From Calcarisporiella thermophila CBS 279.70 (Eukaryota > Fungi > Calcarisporiellomycota): a stretch of DNA of 64,000 bases. Location: contig NW_027192196.1 of NCBI RefSeq assembly GCF_041956535.1, positions 10,273-74,272 of the forward strand, in the 5' to 3' direction. Below, piece after piece: positions 1-12,452 of this stretch. Under the pieces are notes generated by a model. The model was not told the origin of the DNA and did not search any database. It worked only from the letters and a program-made list of their open reading frames with translations. Made by a program: the position numbers and the translations under genes. Each line of letters opens with the position of its first letter. The first letter of the stretch is position 1.

Positions 1-606
1 AGTTACCAATATGCGCGACTACGAACTAAAGATGGCCATTATATTAGCTCGATGCGGTTTCATAATAAATCCGAGGATTACTGACGGAACAATTACACAG
101 TTGCGGTTTGTATATCCAGCAATAAAAATGTGGAGCATTAGTAGTCCTTTTAATTGACTTTGCACTGCAATATGTAGGCTATTGTTCAAGTAGACCGTAA
201 TGCAAGTTTCCGCAATCTACCAGTAGTGATGGTAGAGAAGGAATGCTATGCTGAGGTAGTGGTAAGTGCAAAACTGCCCATGTTGTTCAATCGCTCAAAT
301 GAACAATATGGATACAGTAGCTGCGTCTTACGATAACATTTGAAATTTTGTCACTTACAAAATTTTTGACCACTATAGTTTTATTTCCATCATAAATTTC
401 GGGAGGAAGATCTCATGTTAGAGTACGTGCGCTGGGCAAAAGACTGGCAAAAAGATGAATATGATCTGAGGTGCTTTGATACGTTTAGCTCGATTGGATT
501 TATTGGCGTAGAAACGCTGGATAGATGTGTAGGATGGATAAAAAAGGGACCACGAATATTCATTGTGGATAAAGAAAATTTTAATACTTTACCCTCGACA
601 GACTGA
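1..606 (+). mobile_element. 3' remnant of an intron-containing CACTA/EnSpm(Plavaka)-like transposase gene, pseudogenised
   Basis: Spliced pieces read YARLRTKDGHYISS..*RNNYTVA / AIVQVDRNASFRNLPVVMVEKECYAEVV / FYFHHKFREEDLMLEYVRW...LDRCVGWIKKGPRIFIVDKE. This resembles, from memory, C-termini of CACTA-type transposases of early-diverging fungi. In-frame TGA at 82-84. 5' part lies outside the window. Confidence 0.55.
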
Positions 607-1127
607 ACCTGGAAGTATATAAACCGCGCCCAGGTTAGGTAATCTAGGTAAAAACGTATTCCTTTAACTTCAGTTTTGTAAATTACGGGATTCGACAAAA
701 TTTTATTGAATTGATTGTATTTTCTCTTTAGCTAATTTTGTGAATTGTATATAAATCGGTTTTTTTTTTGCTAAGATTTTGAAGCGCGTAAATCACTTTT
801 TATTGGGAATCTACTTGGAATTACGGCCGAAAATATTCAGTTGGCCTATGTCAAGTCTTGGTTATTTTTTTCGGCCGTCTGATCAAATTCCATGTTCCAT
901 ATATCATTTTCTGGCCAAAACATATAGAATTTTGAAACATTCGAAAAACTTCCCAAACAGTTTCAGCCAATATTCCTAACAAATGCTTTTTGTAGGGTTT
1001 TCTTGGAGACTCTTGATTTTTTTGGTTATTATGAATTTAATGCGAGAGAAAAAGCGACTGGAAGCTCGTGCTAGGAGAGCGCGGTTAAAACAGCAGCTTG
1101 TTGCTGCTGCAGTTGAAAAAACACCCT

Positions 1128-3570
1128 AACACGAGGAAGCCACCTTTCCACTAGTGCTGGAGGTACAGATTCACCAACCAACGCCACAACACGAAGATTT
1201 GGAATCTTTTTTGGCTCTAAGTGTTGAAGCCCAGTAGGTGTAATTAGCAAAGACTGTACTTTATACAACGATCTCATTAGGTCGTCATCAGAACGAAGCA
1301 AAAGCGTGCCTCCGCTCGTAAAGCATGAAATTATTTCTGCGACTGCGCCATCAAACCCAACCGCCATAAATTGCGCTTGAATTTCTCCTGGCCTGATATC
1401 TAATCTACGGATTAAATCTTGGTTACAGTTCATAGCGCCCCCGTGGTGAATAGGTACTCCCTTGGGTTTACCCGTCGTTCCCGATGTGTACACCACATAT
1501 GCTGTATCCTCACTTGACGAGAGCTCCTCAGGCTTGGTTACATTCTCTGAGGTGGACCGCATGTAATCATCTATCATTACTATCTTGCGATCGATACTGC
1601 TGGGGAGTGAGCTAGTTGCTCTTTGCATTGTCACCACTACTTTACATGCTGCATCGGTCAAGATATACTCGATGCGGTCTCTTGGGAACAAAGCATCAAT
1701 CGGGACATAAGCTCCGCCAGCCTTAAGGATGCCAAGAATGCCGACAAGCATCTCTATCGACCGCTTGATGACAAGTCCAACATGACTACCATGTGCCACT
1801 CCGTAATCGCGCAAGGCATGAGCAAGAGCATTGGCTTGAGAATCCAATTCGCCGTAAGTAATGCTTTCACCATTAGCGTCTTCAACAGCAAGGGTATCAG
1901 GATGCTTTGCAGCATTTGATTCGAATCCGTGATGAAGACATTGGTATAAGAGCGGAACATTCTCTCCAGAGCCGATACTCAAAAGGAATGATTCTTCCTC
2001 AGAAGTTAGCTGGTTAAGCGTCGATAAGGTCGGGATTCCTTGGGAGGAACTGCTCAATGTCATCTGAAGAATTTCTCGGAATTTGTTTACCATCCTTTCC
2101 GAGGTTTTTGTCCCAATTTTGGCGGTGTTAATTAATGTATAGGCCGTAATATAGTCATTAGAAGCATCTAATGCATTAATTGAAGATGCCAAGGGATACT
2201 CTGTATTCAAATATTGATCCATAAGAGTCATGTCATATTCCGTTTTGGTTATCTTGAATCCAAATCGGTCGCTTTCGCTAATTGCATCGTTTTCATTGAA
2301 GTATTGATAGGAGATGATGGTTGGGAACATCTCCTGCGTCCAGGGCAATCTAGTCCAGCGTTTGATATCAGAAAGCGAAACTTGACTATAAGTAGCCGAA
2401 GCAATCTGATAATCCTGCATTGCCCGAGTTAGATCGTTTATCGTCATATTGTCGTTCAACACCACTCTGATGGGTATGGTATTAATCAATGCACCGATTA
2501 TCCTAAAGTTATTGGCAATAGAGAACAGGTTAGTATAGAGATGAATATTGAAGGTGCGCATTAGGTAAATATTGTCAATGAAGGATAATTCGCACCTTGC
2601 AGCATCATTGACATCACCATCACGCCCATTAATAATACATCCAAATATAACATCATCACTTCGCATAAAGTGGCGTAAAACGATAGCCCACACGGCTCGA
2701 AGATAGTTGGAAACAGTAACACCAATGGTCTTACAATTATGCAGATGCTGTAGGACTTACAAATAATGTCTCCATTTTCAAAATCGACATCCTCATTCAA
2801 ACTATTTAGATTATCTGGTATTGTTGCACCATCAAATACAGACTTCCAATAGGATTTGGCATCGTCTGGTTTGATTGTTAGGATGGATTCAACATGCGTC
2901 TTAAACGATGGTCGTTCATCTACCTCCATGCCCATGTATGCGTTCAAGAGATCGTTCAGAAGTAGCGGAATCGACAATCCATCTATGATTGAGTGATGCA
3001 TTGTCCAGAAGAGTCGATAGCGATTGCTGCCTCGGATATGTGCTACCGTGAATCTGGTGAATTTATTATTATCTAAACTGAAGCCATTTCGACTGTCCGC
3101 AAGCACAAACTCTCTGTGAAGTTTATCAGCTTCATCCTCGCTCCATTCAACGGTCTCCACCGACATGCTGGGAGCAGATCTGAGCACAACTTGGTAAACA
3201 CCCTCTGGAATGGATACAAATATCGTGCGAAGAATAGCATTTGCTGCAGCAATTTTATCCCACGCGTTTTGCAAGCGTTGCGCATCAAACTCCCTTTCGA
3301 TATCATACGCTAATGGAACCATGTATGACTGAGGATCCCTTGCCAACGCCAAGATAAAACTGGTTTGCAGTGGCGTCGCAGGATAGATATCTTCCACATC
3401 ACGGGGTCTAAGTCCCAATTGCGGTATATACTCTGCCTCAAACTCAGCCACCAGCAATGGATCATTCACAAGTGTAAAATCGGAGGCCATGATACCACCT
3501 GGAATATCCGAATTACAGCAATGGCTAATAATCTACTCCATTGTCTTAGACCACTGCGTACCCAACGACA
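1128..3570 (-). pseudogene. Non-ribosomal peptide synthetase fragment (end of epimerisation domain - condensation - adenylation), truncated at both ends
   Basis: E-domain-like tail W..TME*IISHC...ASDF with an in-frame stop near 3534. C domain DIYPATPLQ and HHSIIDG. A-domain motifs ITYGELD, LKAGGAYVPID, YTSGTTGKPKGV, FDGAV, LVGE. Frameshift near 2750. 93-nt GT-AG intron 2595..2503. Breaks off at WLPRVR, just before the expected A5 NxYGPTE motif. Confidence 0.9.
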
Positions 3571-3571
3571 C

Positions 3572-5390
3572 TAGCATGCCCTCATTGAATAAAGAAGGGT
3601 TAAAAACAGTACTTTGGTGGGCTGGGCTACAGCACTCAAAAACTTGCCAGAAGGCATGCTAGCAGGAGTCGACTCTGACGTGCTGGCACTTGTGACCTTC
3701 GCTGCATATGGGCGGAATTTTTCTATGGTGCATGTGGATAAGGGATCAACCGCACTGGTGGTCTCAGAACTCGAAATTAAGCCGACCGTGGTCGTATGGC
3801 GGGCCATCAAGTCAATTTAAAGATTTGAGGCCATGCTGGATAGCTTTCTCTGGCGCGCTTGTATGTAGCGACGTGTTACTGCAGAGTCCCTGGTTTCATC
3901 TGTTTGGCTCTGACAAGATGTTCGTGGTAGTATAGGCTACCGATTCTCGAAATGCTGCGCTAGGTGGTTGTCCGGGCCGTGGCTCGAGTTGGCGCGTCGT
4001 TATAAGGCGGTTATGAGTGATTTTGACCTGATAGCTGCTTATGTTGAGAATACTCCGGTGTAGCTGCCCTACAGCTGTCCACTCGAGTTGGTGACCCCTC
4101 GGGGGATGCTCTGCGTCAGCTAGGAGAGCGCGGTGCCAGCCCGCGGGGGCACGCTTGGGGTAGAATTCGTTCATGGAGCAGTTGATTACACTCTTAGCCT
4201 GATGACAGCCTCCAATTCCCAACCAGTCATCGACTGCTTAGTGTTGTGGGCAGCTGTTGCCGGGCAAGCGAACCCTGGTCCCCCTCTGGGCAATCTTGGG
4301 GCGTGGCCGACCCACGACATGCTACAAGCTATACTAATCCCTGTCTCCAGCGTCGACCACTGGGAGGCTAAGGGTGCGCTTATGCAGGGCACACCATGTC
4401 TCCGTGGTGCGCCGCAGTACTACGGCGGCGTGCTGCGGTGCTCACCTTGCTCAGAACCAATTGAGTTAGCCGATCAGGTGCTGCAAGCCGAAGGCAAGGG
4501 GCTGGTTGCAGTTGGCAACCTGTGGGAGGGCACTGCTGGCGTCTCGGTTGTACAAAACTACTGTTTACCCCCAGACTCTGCTGCGCAGATTGCACACTAA
4601 CTCAGCTGTCAGCAAGCGGTGAGCCCTGTTGTTTGCTAGACTCTGTCACTCCTTCCCTCATAGACGTTGTGGCTTGGCTCAAGAGTGAGAATGCTTACCC
4701 ACTTCCGCTGGACGCAATTTAGTACGAACAGTCGGCTGTAGTGGCTTACGGGCAAGAAGAGTGCAGGGATACAGCCTGGGGGGGGGGGGGGGATGGGGAC
4801 AGGCTGATGAGGTGACACCGTTGCTTGGGTAATACCAGCAGGTTGCAGCGTTTCTGCCGGCTGGCAAGTGTGGGGCCCGCAGAGTGGATCGGCGACGGAA
4901 TGACGGGATGGTCGTGGTGTTGGTCATAGTTCTTAATAGCCATTATCATTATGGCGACATTCGCACGGTAGTCTGAGTGGAGGCATTCATTGTACCCCAT
5001 GCAGCACAGTTGTTCGTCCAGCCCGGTCTGGCGTCGCGGTCCAAGCTGTTGGAGCTGGCAGAGGAGTAGATGATACCAGAAGGAAAAATTGCAGCCACTA
5101 ACGTAAGATTCATCTTTCAGACAGCACTGTATGCGCACCTATTGAAACCCAACAGTGTTCGGGCCCTGCCACGGAGCAATGCAGGTACTATTGGTGTTGT
5201 CGGGGCATGCATCGCCAGCATATTGGTCGATGACGCGATGGACGACGAGGATTGGTAGCTTGGTGCAGCCTGGCTAGGTTATATCATATTCTTGCCTTGC
5301 TTTTTACGAAAAGAGAAGAGGCGGGCACACGGTAGAAGCTATTGCTTTACCCGGCATCAGCCGCAGACTGATATATGGCTGCTGTGCGAT
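3572..5390 (-). other. Decayed intronless GC-richer coding island; candidate endogenous viral (dsRNA virus capsid-like) element
   Basis: Abrupt composition change at the NRPS break. Overlapping minus-strand ORF fragments (4746-5138, 4636-4818, 4186-4392, 3896-4222, 3571-3810) with stops and frameshifts; G15 run at 4778-4792. Viral identity is inference only. Confidence 0.3.
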
Positions 5391-6071
5391 ATTAAATAGT
5401 AATTTTTTTTTATATTAAACATCTTTATCTCTCATGTTAATCCGCATTTACATATAGTTGAAACTTGATGATAGACCTTCAACCGATATTATTTTAGGAC
5501 AAACCGACTTAGCTTTCATGCGGCTAGCATATGAAAATGGTGATTCATAAACGCCAACTTTCAAAAGTTTTGTTTAAAACACAACTTAAATCAGTTACAT
5601 TTCCTAATCGGGTGTAAGTCTAACTGGCCTTGTTTATGGCTTAGAATTGTCCATTATGTATGAGGAAAGAGCGGAAGATTATCGCTACTTAAACATATGA
5701 GAAAACGAGGAATTCCTGCACAATATAAAATGATATTCCTTTATGAATCACTCTAATTAAATGCATTAAAATCCAAGAGCCTTGATATCATGAATGTTCA
5801 ATTTGATATTCAATACTGAGTATAAGCACGGTAACACTATAAACTTTCGCCATTATAAATTGATTGGCAAGGTGTTGGATAAAATTATGACATCTAAAAC
5901 CAGATTGCACCATTTCAATTATAATAATATCCCGAGGTACAGTAATTCAAGCATTTCGACTCTATAAATACTAGCATCGAATTGCCACTGATTCCTATTT
6001 GTACTCTTAAAATTTATCGGATTTGCAAAGTTTTATCTCTCTGATATCGCTACATAATATAATAAAATACA

Positions 6072-7364
6072 ATGGAAAGTGAATTCCAGAAAATTGAAGA
6101 TTATATTACTCTGGAAATCCTTGGTGGAGATCGCTTTCGAAGCCAAAATCTAATGCCACACTTTATGTTACTTCAACCTGGAGTCAATGGTATACTAGCG
6201 TTGTCCTTACATTTTATTTGTTAAAATTATTTATGGAATACTTTAGGTGGACAGCTAGTTGCTCACTCGTTACGTGCAGCCTATTATACAGTGGACCAAG
6301 AATATAGAGTCCATGTAAGTAAACTCCTTCTCTCGTTTCTAGACTTCCTAACTCTTCATGCGCCGTACTTATCATCAGAGCCTCCACTCCTATTTCCTCT
6401 ACCCTGCCACCACTGATGCCCCTATTTTCTATGAAGTAAATAGGGAGCGTGATGGTAAAAAATACATCACACGGGTTGTAAAGGCAAGTCAAAATGGGCG
6501 TAAAATATTTAATCTTGCTTGTAGCTTTTCAAAAAAGCAAAGGGGTGAATTTAATCACGAAGTAATATTGAAAGTTTAATGAAATTGATTGCATAATTTA
6601 CCATACTATACTTACTATAAAAATGGCATTTTTTATAGTACAAAATTCCATCCGTACCCGATCCGGATACTTTAATGAGGTATATTTCCCTTTCATACAA
6701 TTGCAAAATTCATGTCAAAAATGAACCCATTTTTTTACTAATTGATGGAAGTGAAGAGGATCGTGCTAAAAGTGCTGCGAAAAATCCTAAATGCACTCCT
6801 CTAAGTCGAATGGTGCTTGAAACTATGTATCAGAAGGTACAACACATCCACAGCGGATACCTTGGCATGCTTTACGACAACAGCTATAAATCTCTATATC
6901 CTTTTTAGCCGTACAGACCAATAGATTTCCGCGTTACCTACTCTAACCCTGATGAGGGCATATTTCTTCCTATGACAAAATCCAACCACCGCTATGTGTG
7001 GTTCCGAATGCGTGGGAAACTCACTGATGATCCGGTGGTGCACGAGTGTGCTCTAGCTTATGCTTCAGATGAAGAGTATCTATATACAGCGTGCATTCCG
7101 CTTGGCATTGCATTCAATACCGATCCATACATAACGGCACTGGCCAGCCTAGATCATATCATCTATTTCCATGACGAATTTAGAGCAGATGAGTGGTTAT
7201 TAATCGAGTCGGAGTCTCCGCTACTAAAAAATACACGAGGGCTTGTGCTTGGGAGAATCTACAGACAAAATGGGACCCTGGTTGCAAGCGTAGTACAAGA
7301 GGGAGTGGTAGGATTAAAGCGAGGGAACTTGGAGGAGGATATAATGAAGGATAGTAAAATATAA
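6072..7364 (+). CDS. TES1: Acyl-CoA thioesterase II (TesB/ACOT8/Tes1 double hot-dog family), multi-exon
   Basis: MESEFQKIEDIITLE...GVNG^GQLVAHSLRAA...VH^SLHSYFL...VNRERDGK...WFR...LAYASD...SLDHIIYFH...ADEWLL...GRIYRQNGTLVASVVQEG, joined by GT-AG introns. Confidence 0.9.
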
Positions 7365-7688
7365 ATGAATAGTTTACACAAATTACCGAATCTGCATCGC
7401 AGCTGAAGAAATGTATATGTTAAGTGTCATTTTATGTTAACTACTGTATATTCCGTTTAATTGATCTAGAAATTTTTCTATGCAAGCTCGAAGACAAATA
7501 TAATCTGTGTACTCAATTGTTAACATCTGATTCGCTAATACTATAAAGAGCAGAGTGCATATAGCCATTCCTTATGAATTTTAAGCAATAGAAATAACCT
7601 CTTAATATGAAAATTTATATTCCTTAATTAAACTCCAGATAGTACAGTACAATTAATTAAACGGAATTAGATCCAGAAATCGCTACGT

Positions 7689-9628
7689 TTATCTTTTATC
7701 ACTTCGATTATCAGCGATGATGCTATCTGCTGCTTTCAACCCCAACATATGAATATACAATACGGGAAAATAGCCGGGAATCCTTGGGATAGCCGAAGCA
7801 TCTACTACTCTCAAATTGTTGACTCCACGCACGCGAAAGCTTCCATCAAGGACAGCTGTAGAGTCAGAGTTTGCTCCAATTTTAGCCGTACAACAGGCAT
7901 GATGACCGAAAGCGAATTTTCGGATGAAGTTGGCGATTTCTTCATCCGTGTTGACATCAGGACCTGGTTGTATTTCTTTATACCCACTTAAAGCCAATGC
8001 CACCTTGGATTCCTGACGGAGAATTTTCAGCTCTTTAGTAATATCCCTTAGGTCAGCAGCGCCATTTTTCTCGAAATATTTAAAATTGATATAGGGCATG
8101 TCAAATGGATCTGCGGATACTAATCGGACCTCGCCAGGGTTAGCTGCATGGGCCTTGAGAATGATCCTGGTAACACTGTCAAAATTCTTCGCGATATCTT
8201 CAGCAAATCCAACATAGAATTTTGGAAAATAAGCTGGCAGAGTATATGTGAAAATGTCTGGCTCCTCCAACTTTTCATTGGATTTTCTCAACGTTGCTCC
8301 AAGAATTCCATTGAAAGTGTAAGGTCCGGAGCGTTTTTGGGAATACTGTTTATAGCAGTGGTCATCTTCACTATCTCGTAGTTTACAACCTTTTAGTAAG
8401 TTGAACATTTTCGGAAACTTGATAATATATGAGGTTTCATAGTGATCTTGAAGATTCTTTCCGACGCCTGGCAAGTTGACGCGAGCGTTGATGTTGAATG
8501 ACTTCAAATGCTCTGGATCTCCTATGCCACTCAACATAAGCAACTGTGGAGTGTTGAATGCTCCAGCTGAGATAATAACTTCTCGGCGTGCTTTTACAGC
8601 GCCAGTAGTGGCCTTCTTACGACTTTCATCACTTGAGAGGGGACTTGCTTTGTATAAGTATTTGCCCTGCTTATACTCCACGCCTCTGGCCACATTATTA
8701 TCGTCCAAAATGACTCGAGTCGCAAGTGTATCAGTCCATATATCAAAGTTGGATAGATTTTGAGCGGTTTCACGGATATATTCTGCAAATTTGCCTCGCT
8801 TCGAAGTAGTAGGGTCAACATTCATAGGTGAAATCACCCTTCCCTCAATACTATTCCCAAGAGTATCCCCAATATAACCATTGATATCATGTGCAGGATT
8901 CCCAAGGTAGGCTAGGAACACTTGATATAGCTATATTAAAAATGAATATAAAAGGCCTTCTCAATACACCCTAAACAAAATTAGTAAAAATAGGGTCAGA
9001 AGATTACCTGTAAATCAGTAATACGTAATGCATCAAAACTTGCAACGTCAAGGAGTTTTAATGGATCGTAATAACTTGTTGGGAACCATCCGTCCTTTCC
9101 ATGAGCCTCTGGAGTCGCTAGTAGTGGGTAGAAATTGCGCTCCATGGGCTTGAAATAATGTTCTCTCATATACTTTTCACTAAACTTTAGATCTCCAGTG
9201 ATATTTACAAGCAAATCAAAGTCTCTTTTGTGGGGATAGACGATATTCATTGCGTTGTGAATAGAGCAGCCTCCAAGTGCACCAACTCGCGGGTAGAAAA
9301 CCTTGCTTTGATATTGCGTTGAATTTTCGGCATACACGCGTGGGAAATACGAGAATGAAATGGTGGGATCTTCATCTGCTCGAGGAAAGAACAAGGGCAC
9401 AGTGACATTATTGTTGATTTTGTCTGGCCCTGCCTCCATCAGCAATGTTTTGAAGCCTGCTTTGGCGAGCTGTATTGCTACCAACCCCCCAGCTGTGCCT
9501 CCACCCACTACAACAAAGTCATATTCTGAGTTGTAGTTATATTCGGTAGCATTTCCTTGTGCTTGAACGTCAGAACTTGTAACAAGCAAAAGGCAGAGCA
9601 ATGTGGTCACTAGGCTGATAAAAAACAT
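7689..9628 (-). CDS. Secreted GMC (glucose-methanol-choline) oxidoreductase, 2 exons, about 620 aa
   Basis: Signal peptide; YDFVVVGGGTAG FAD motif; YPRVGALGGCSIHNAM; AGAFNTPQLLMLSGIG; PGVGKNLQDH; catalytic GHHACCT; VRGVNNLRVVDAS. Intron 9007..8931 (77 nt) restores the frame. Confidence 0.93.
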
Positions 9629-12192
9629 GTCAGGAAAGGATTTGCTAAGAAATTGATAGCTCTCAGCAACCTATTTATAATGGTATATGAAAGGAAATAC
9701 TAATGACTGTACTACACTTACAGACACGAGAAGTCATAGTTTGAATTCTATACTATTAAACATAAAATCATCAGAAAATCCAAAAATCCAAAAATCCAAA
9801 ATCTTTGAATTTATGAAATGTTGCTTATGTATTTAAATCAATTTAAATCGTACGTTGTGTAATATTTGGCCAATGAAATGATGCGCAGCTTTGCATGTCG
9901 TTCACTCGTTCTAGCAGGTATAAATTATTGCCATATTTGGTCTCTCGAGGGTACAAATAATATTAAGCACAATAATGCAAGATCCTTTGCAGGCTTCCAC
10001 TTATATCGGAGTTTTACGTAATTTTCCTATCAATCCTTAAGTGGGTCCACCTTAGTGTGCCTTGATTCTTCATATGAAGAAATGGAAGGGGTTGAACTAC
10101 TATCTTAAGGTAAAAGTTATGTAGATTGCGATAATCTAATTAGGCTGGTTAGCATTTTGATATTGATATATCCTATCTCGTTACATTGTTATTTATCGAC
10201 ATTTCTCTGAATATAAAGAGTAATTTCACTGAAACAATAGCGCGATCATTTCTGTGCTCTGTATTTAATAGATAGCATCTCAATATTATTATGAAATCTA
10301 TTGCACAGATATCATTAATGAATATGATGAATCCCTATTATCGCTTTACCAAAAGAGTAGAACACACCATGATTATCTTAGAACTCTATCACAAAATATT
10401 AAACCAATGGGAAAATTTATATAATCCTAAGACTACGCTAAAATTATGAAATCGGGCATTAAACTCAACGTTTAATGCAAATTCTCAGTGTTTTAGTAGC
10501 ATGATTGAGGATTACCTATTGGTATATCAAATATTTGCACATCAATTAAATCTGTCAAATAAAGTTCTGACCAATGTATATAATACACAGTACTTTGAAC
10601 TATCTATCTAAACTATGAGAACAAAGAATTTACTGCTTGCAATAATAGCTCAATTGAATACTGATTGAGGCAAGCACCTCTACCATATGGCGTATTAATC
10701 AATGTAGAAGTGAACTGCATTTGTTAATTGTAGTGCCGATTATATTTCCACCCGCTTTAAGTAGTGGGGCTAATAAGTCATGTAACATAAAATAATCACT
10801 CAATATAAATATTTTTTTTCTGGAGAATATATATTCAGATATAAGTAGCTAAACTTCACTCTAATAAAAACAATTTCAATGTGCATTGGAAGCTTTCGAA
10901 ATTCAGGAGTGACAGTGATTATAATGGCACAGAAGCGTAAAAAATGTAGTTTCTCACATTGGATCTATCAGAGGCTGCACCTGCATATACGATAATATTA
11001 GAAAGATATACCGAGCAATAGAACTGAGATTGTAGTTCATTCATTACCTTAAAAAGGTTCAAAAAAATGGGATAAAGGCAGCTACTAACTTGGTCCTCCC
11101 TACTATATATTGAATATTTCAATAATTACATCCCCTACAGTTAACAGATTAAAACAAGACGAATGGATATGAGACTTCTCCCAGAGACTCTCGATATTTT
11201 GCCTCTGAGCCAGTCGAGCGACGTATCTAATACATCTGAGCTATAAGCTGTAATGTTGCAGAGAAGACGCAAAATGATATTCCTGTGTCTAGTTGCACGG
11301 CACTTATTTTACAATTAAGATGAATACAATATAACAAACTAAAAACATGTGATTATTATTCTGAAACTCTTCTAAGCCACCAATATCCACTCTATGGTGT
11401 ATTTAATTACTAGTTAAATGAAACTGACACAAAAATAACATGGCTCGCTTTTATCTCGTTGCTTAAAGCTGCTATCGCCTTCACTGGGTGTTTCAATTCG
11501 ACTTTCACCTCTATAAATTAAGCTTGCTTGAAGCTAACATTCCGTATATTCTCAAACAAGCTCGATATTTACTTGATCTAACTCTAATTTTCAACTTTAT
11601 GCCTCTACCATTTTTGATTAGTTTCTTGAAATAGCTTCGAACTCGTGTTCGCTTTACAATTTAATGGCGATATTTTGATCTTTCATCACCTAGAATAAAT
11701 TCAATTCATTAAACTTTCCCATTCCTCTAAATAAATAACAGAGTCCGACTTTTATTAATAATCAAATAAAATCAGTTTGTAGCTTCTTATACCTTAAATT
11801 TTGCTTTGCCTTTCTTCAGTAATATGATGAATGCACTTTCAAGATTATTTACACGTCACTTGTTGATTATTTAATGCTCCATGGCTTTTACCACAATGTA
11901 CTAGACATCAGACCTAATCAAATTTTTACGTTGGCTTATTGAATTATAAAAAAAAATTGTTAGTTCCACATCATAGATAAAAATATGCACTGACAATTCA
12001 GTTCGATAAGTAATTCATAAACCATCTCAATAGTTATTAATCACACAATGTTTATTTAAAATAAATCTCTAAGCGAAAATCATTCTTATAAAATATTTAA
12101 TTTTGTGGTCAAAATTAATATAGGAACTGACGTCAATACGTAAGCACGTTAAAGTAGTGTATCATCGCATCAATATTGACATAGAGACTAAA

Positions 12193-12452
12193 TTAATCAC
12201 GGCTGGCACCCCTTCCGCTGTCATTGCAGCAGTCAACAAAACTGGCCCAGTTTTTGCAGCTACGCAAATATTTTTTCCCGAGCCACTTTCATATCCAGGG
12301 TATCTACCACTTGATCCACAGTCATAGGTTGGGCCAACACTAGGAAGTGCGCAGGTGCCGCCCCCTGTATGAGTATTGCATCCAAAAGCAGCTCCTTGGG
12401 CAGTGGAGTTGAGCGCAAGGTACAAAATAGTAAGAATAGCTGCAACTTTCAT
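12193..12452 (-). pseudogene. Small secreted cysteine-rich protein with a 1-nt frameshift (pseudogene or sequencing error)
   Basis: MKVAAILTILYLALNSTAQG signal, then GCN..TC..DC. The Cys-rich tail CKNWASFVDCCNDSGRGASRD* is in another frame, starting just after an A6 run near 12271-12276. Confidence 0.6.

Noticed and set aside
82-3540. RIP-like mutation as the cause of the TE and NRPS stop codons
   Set aside because: Two stops are too few; both sequences keep many CpA/CpG sites and indels dominate the decay.
1070-4134. Exact 16-bp repeat GCTAGGAGAGCGCGGT at 1070-1085 and 4119-4134
   Set aside because: About one such match is expected by chance in 64 kb; similarity does not extend and the copies do not mark junctions.
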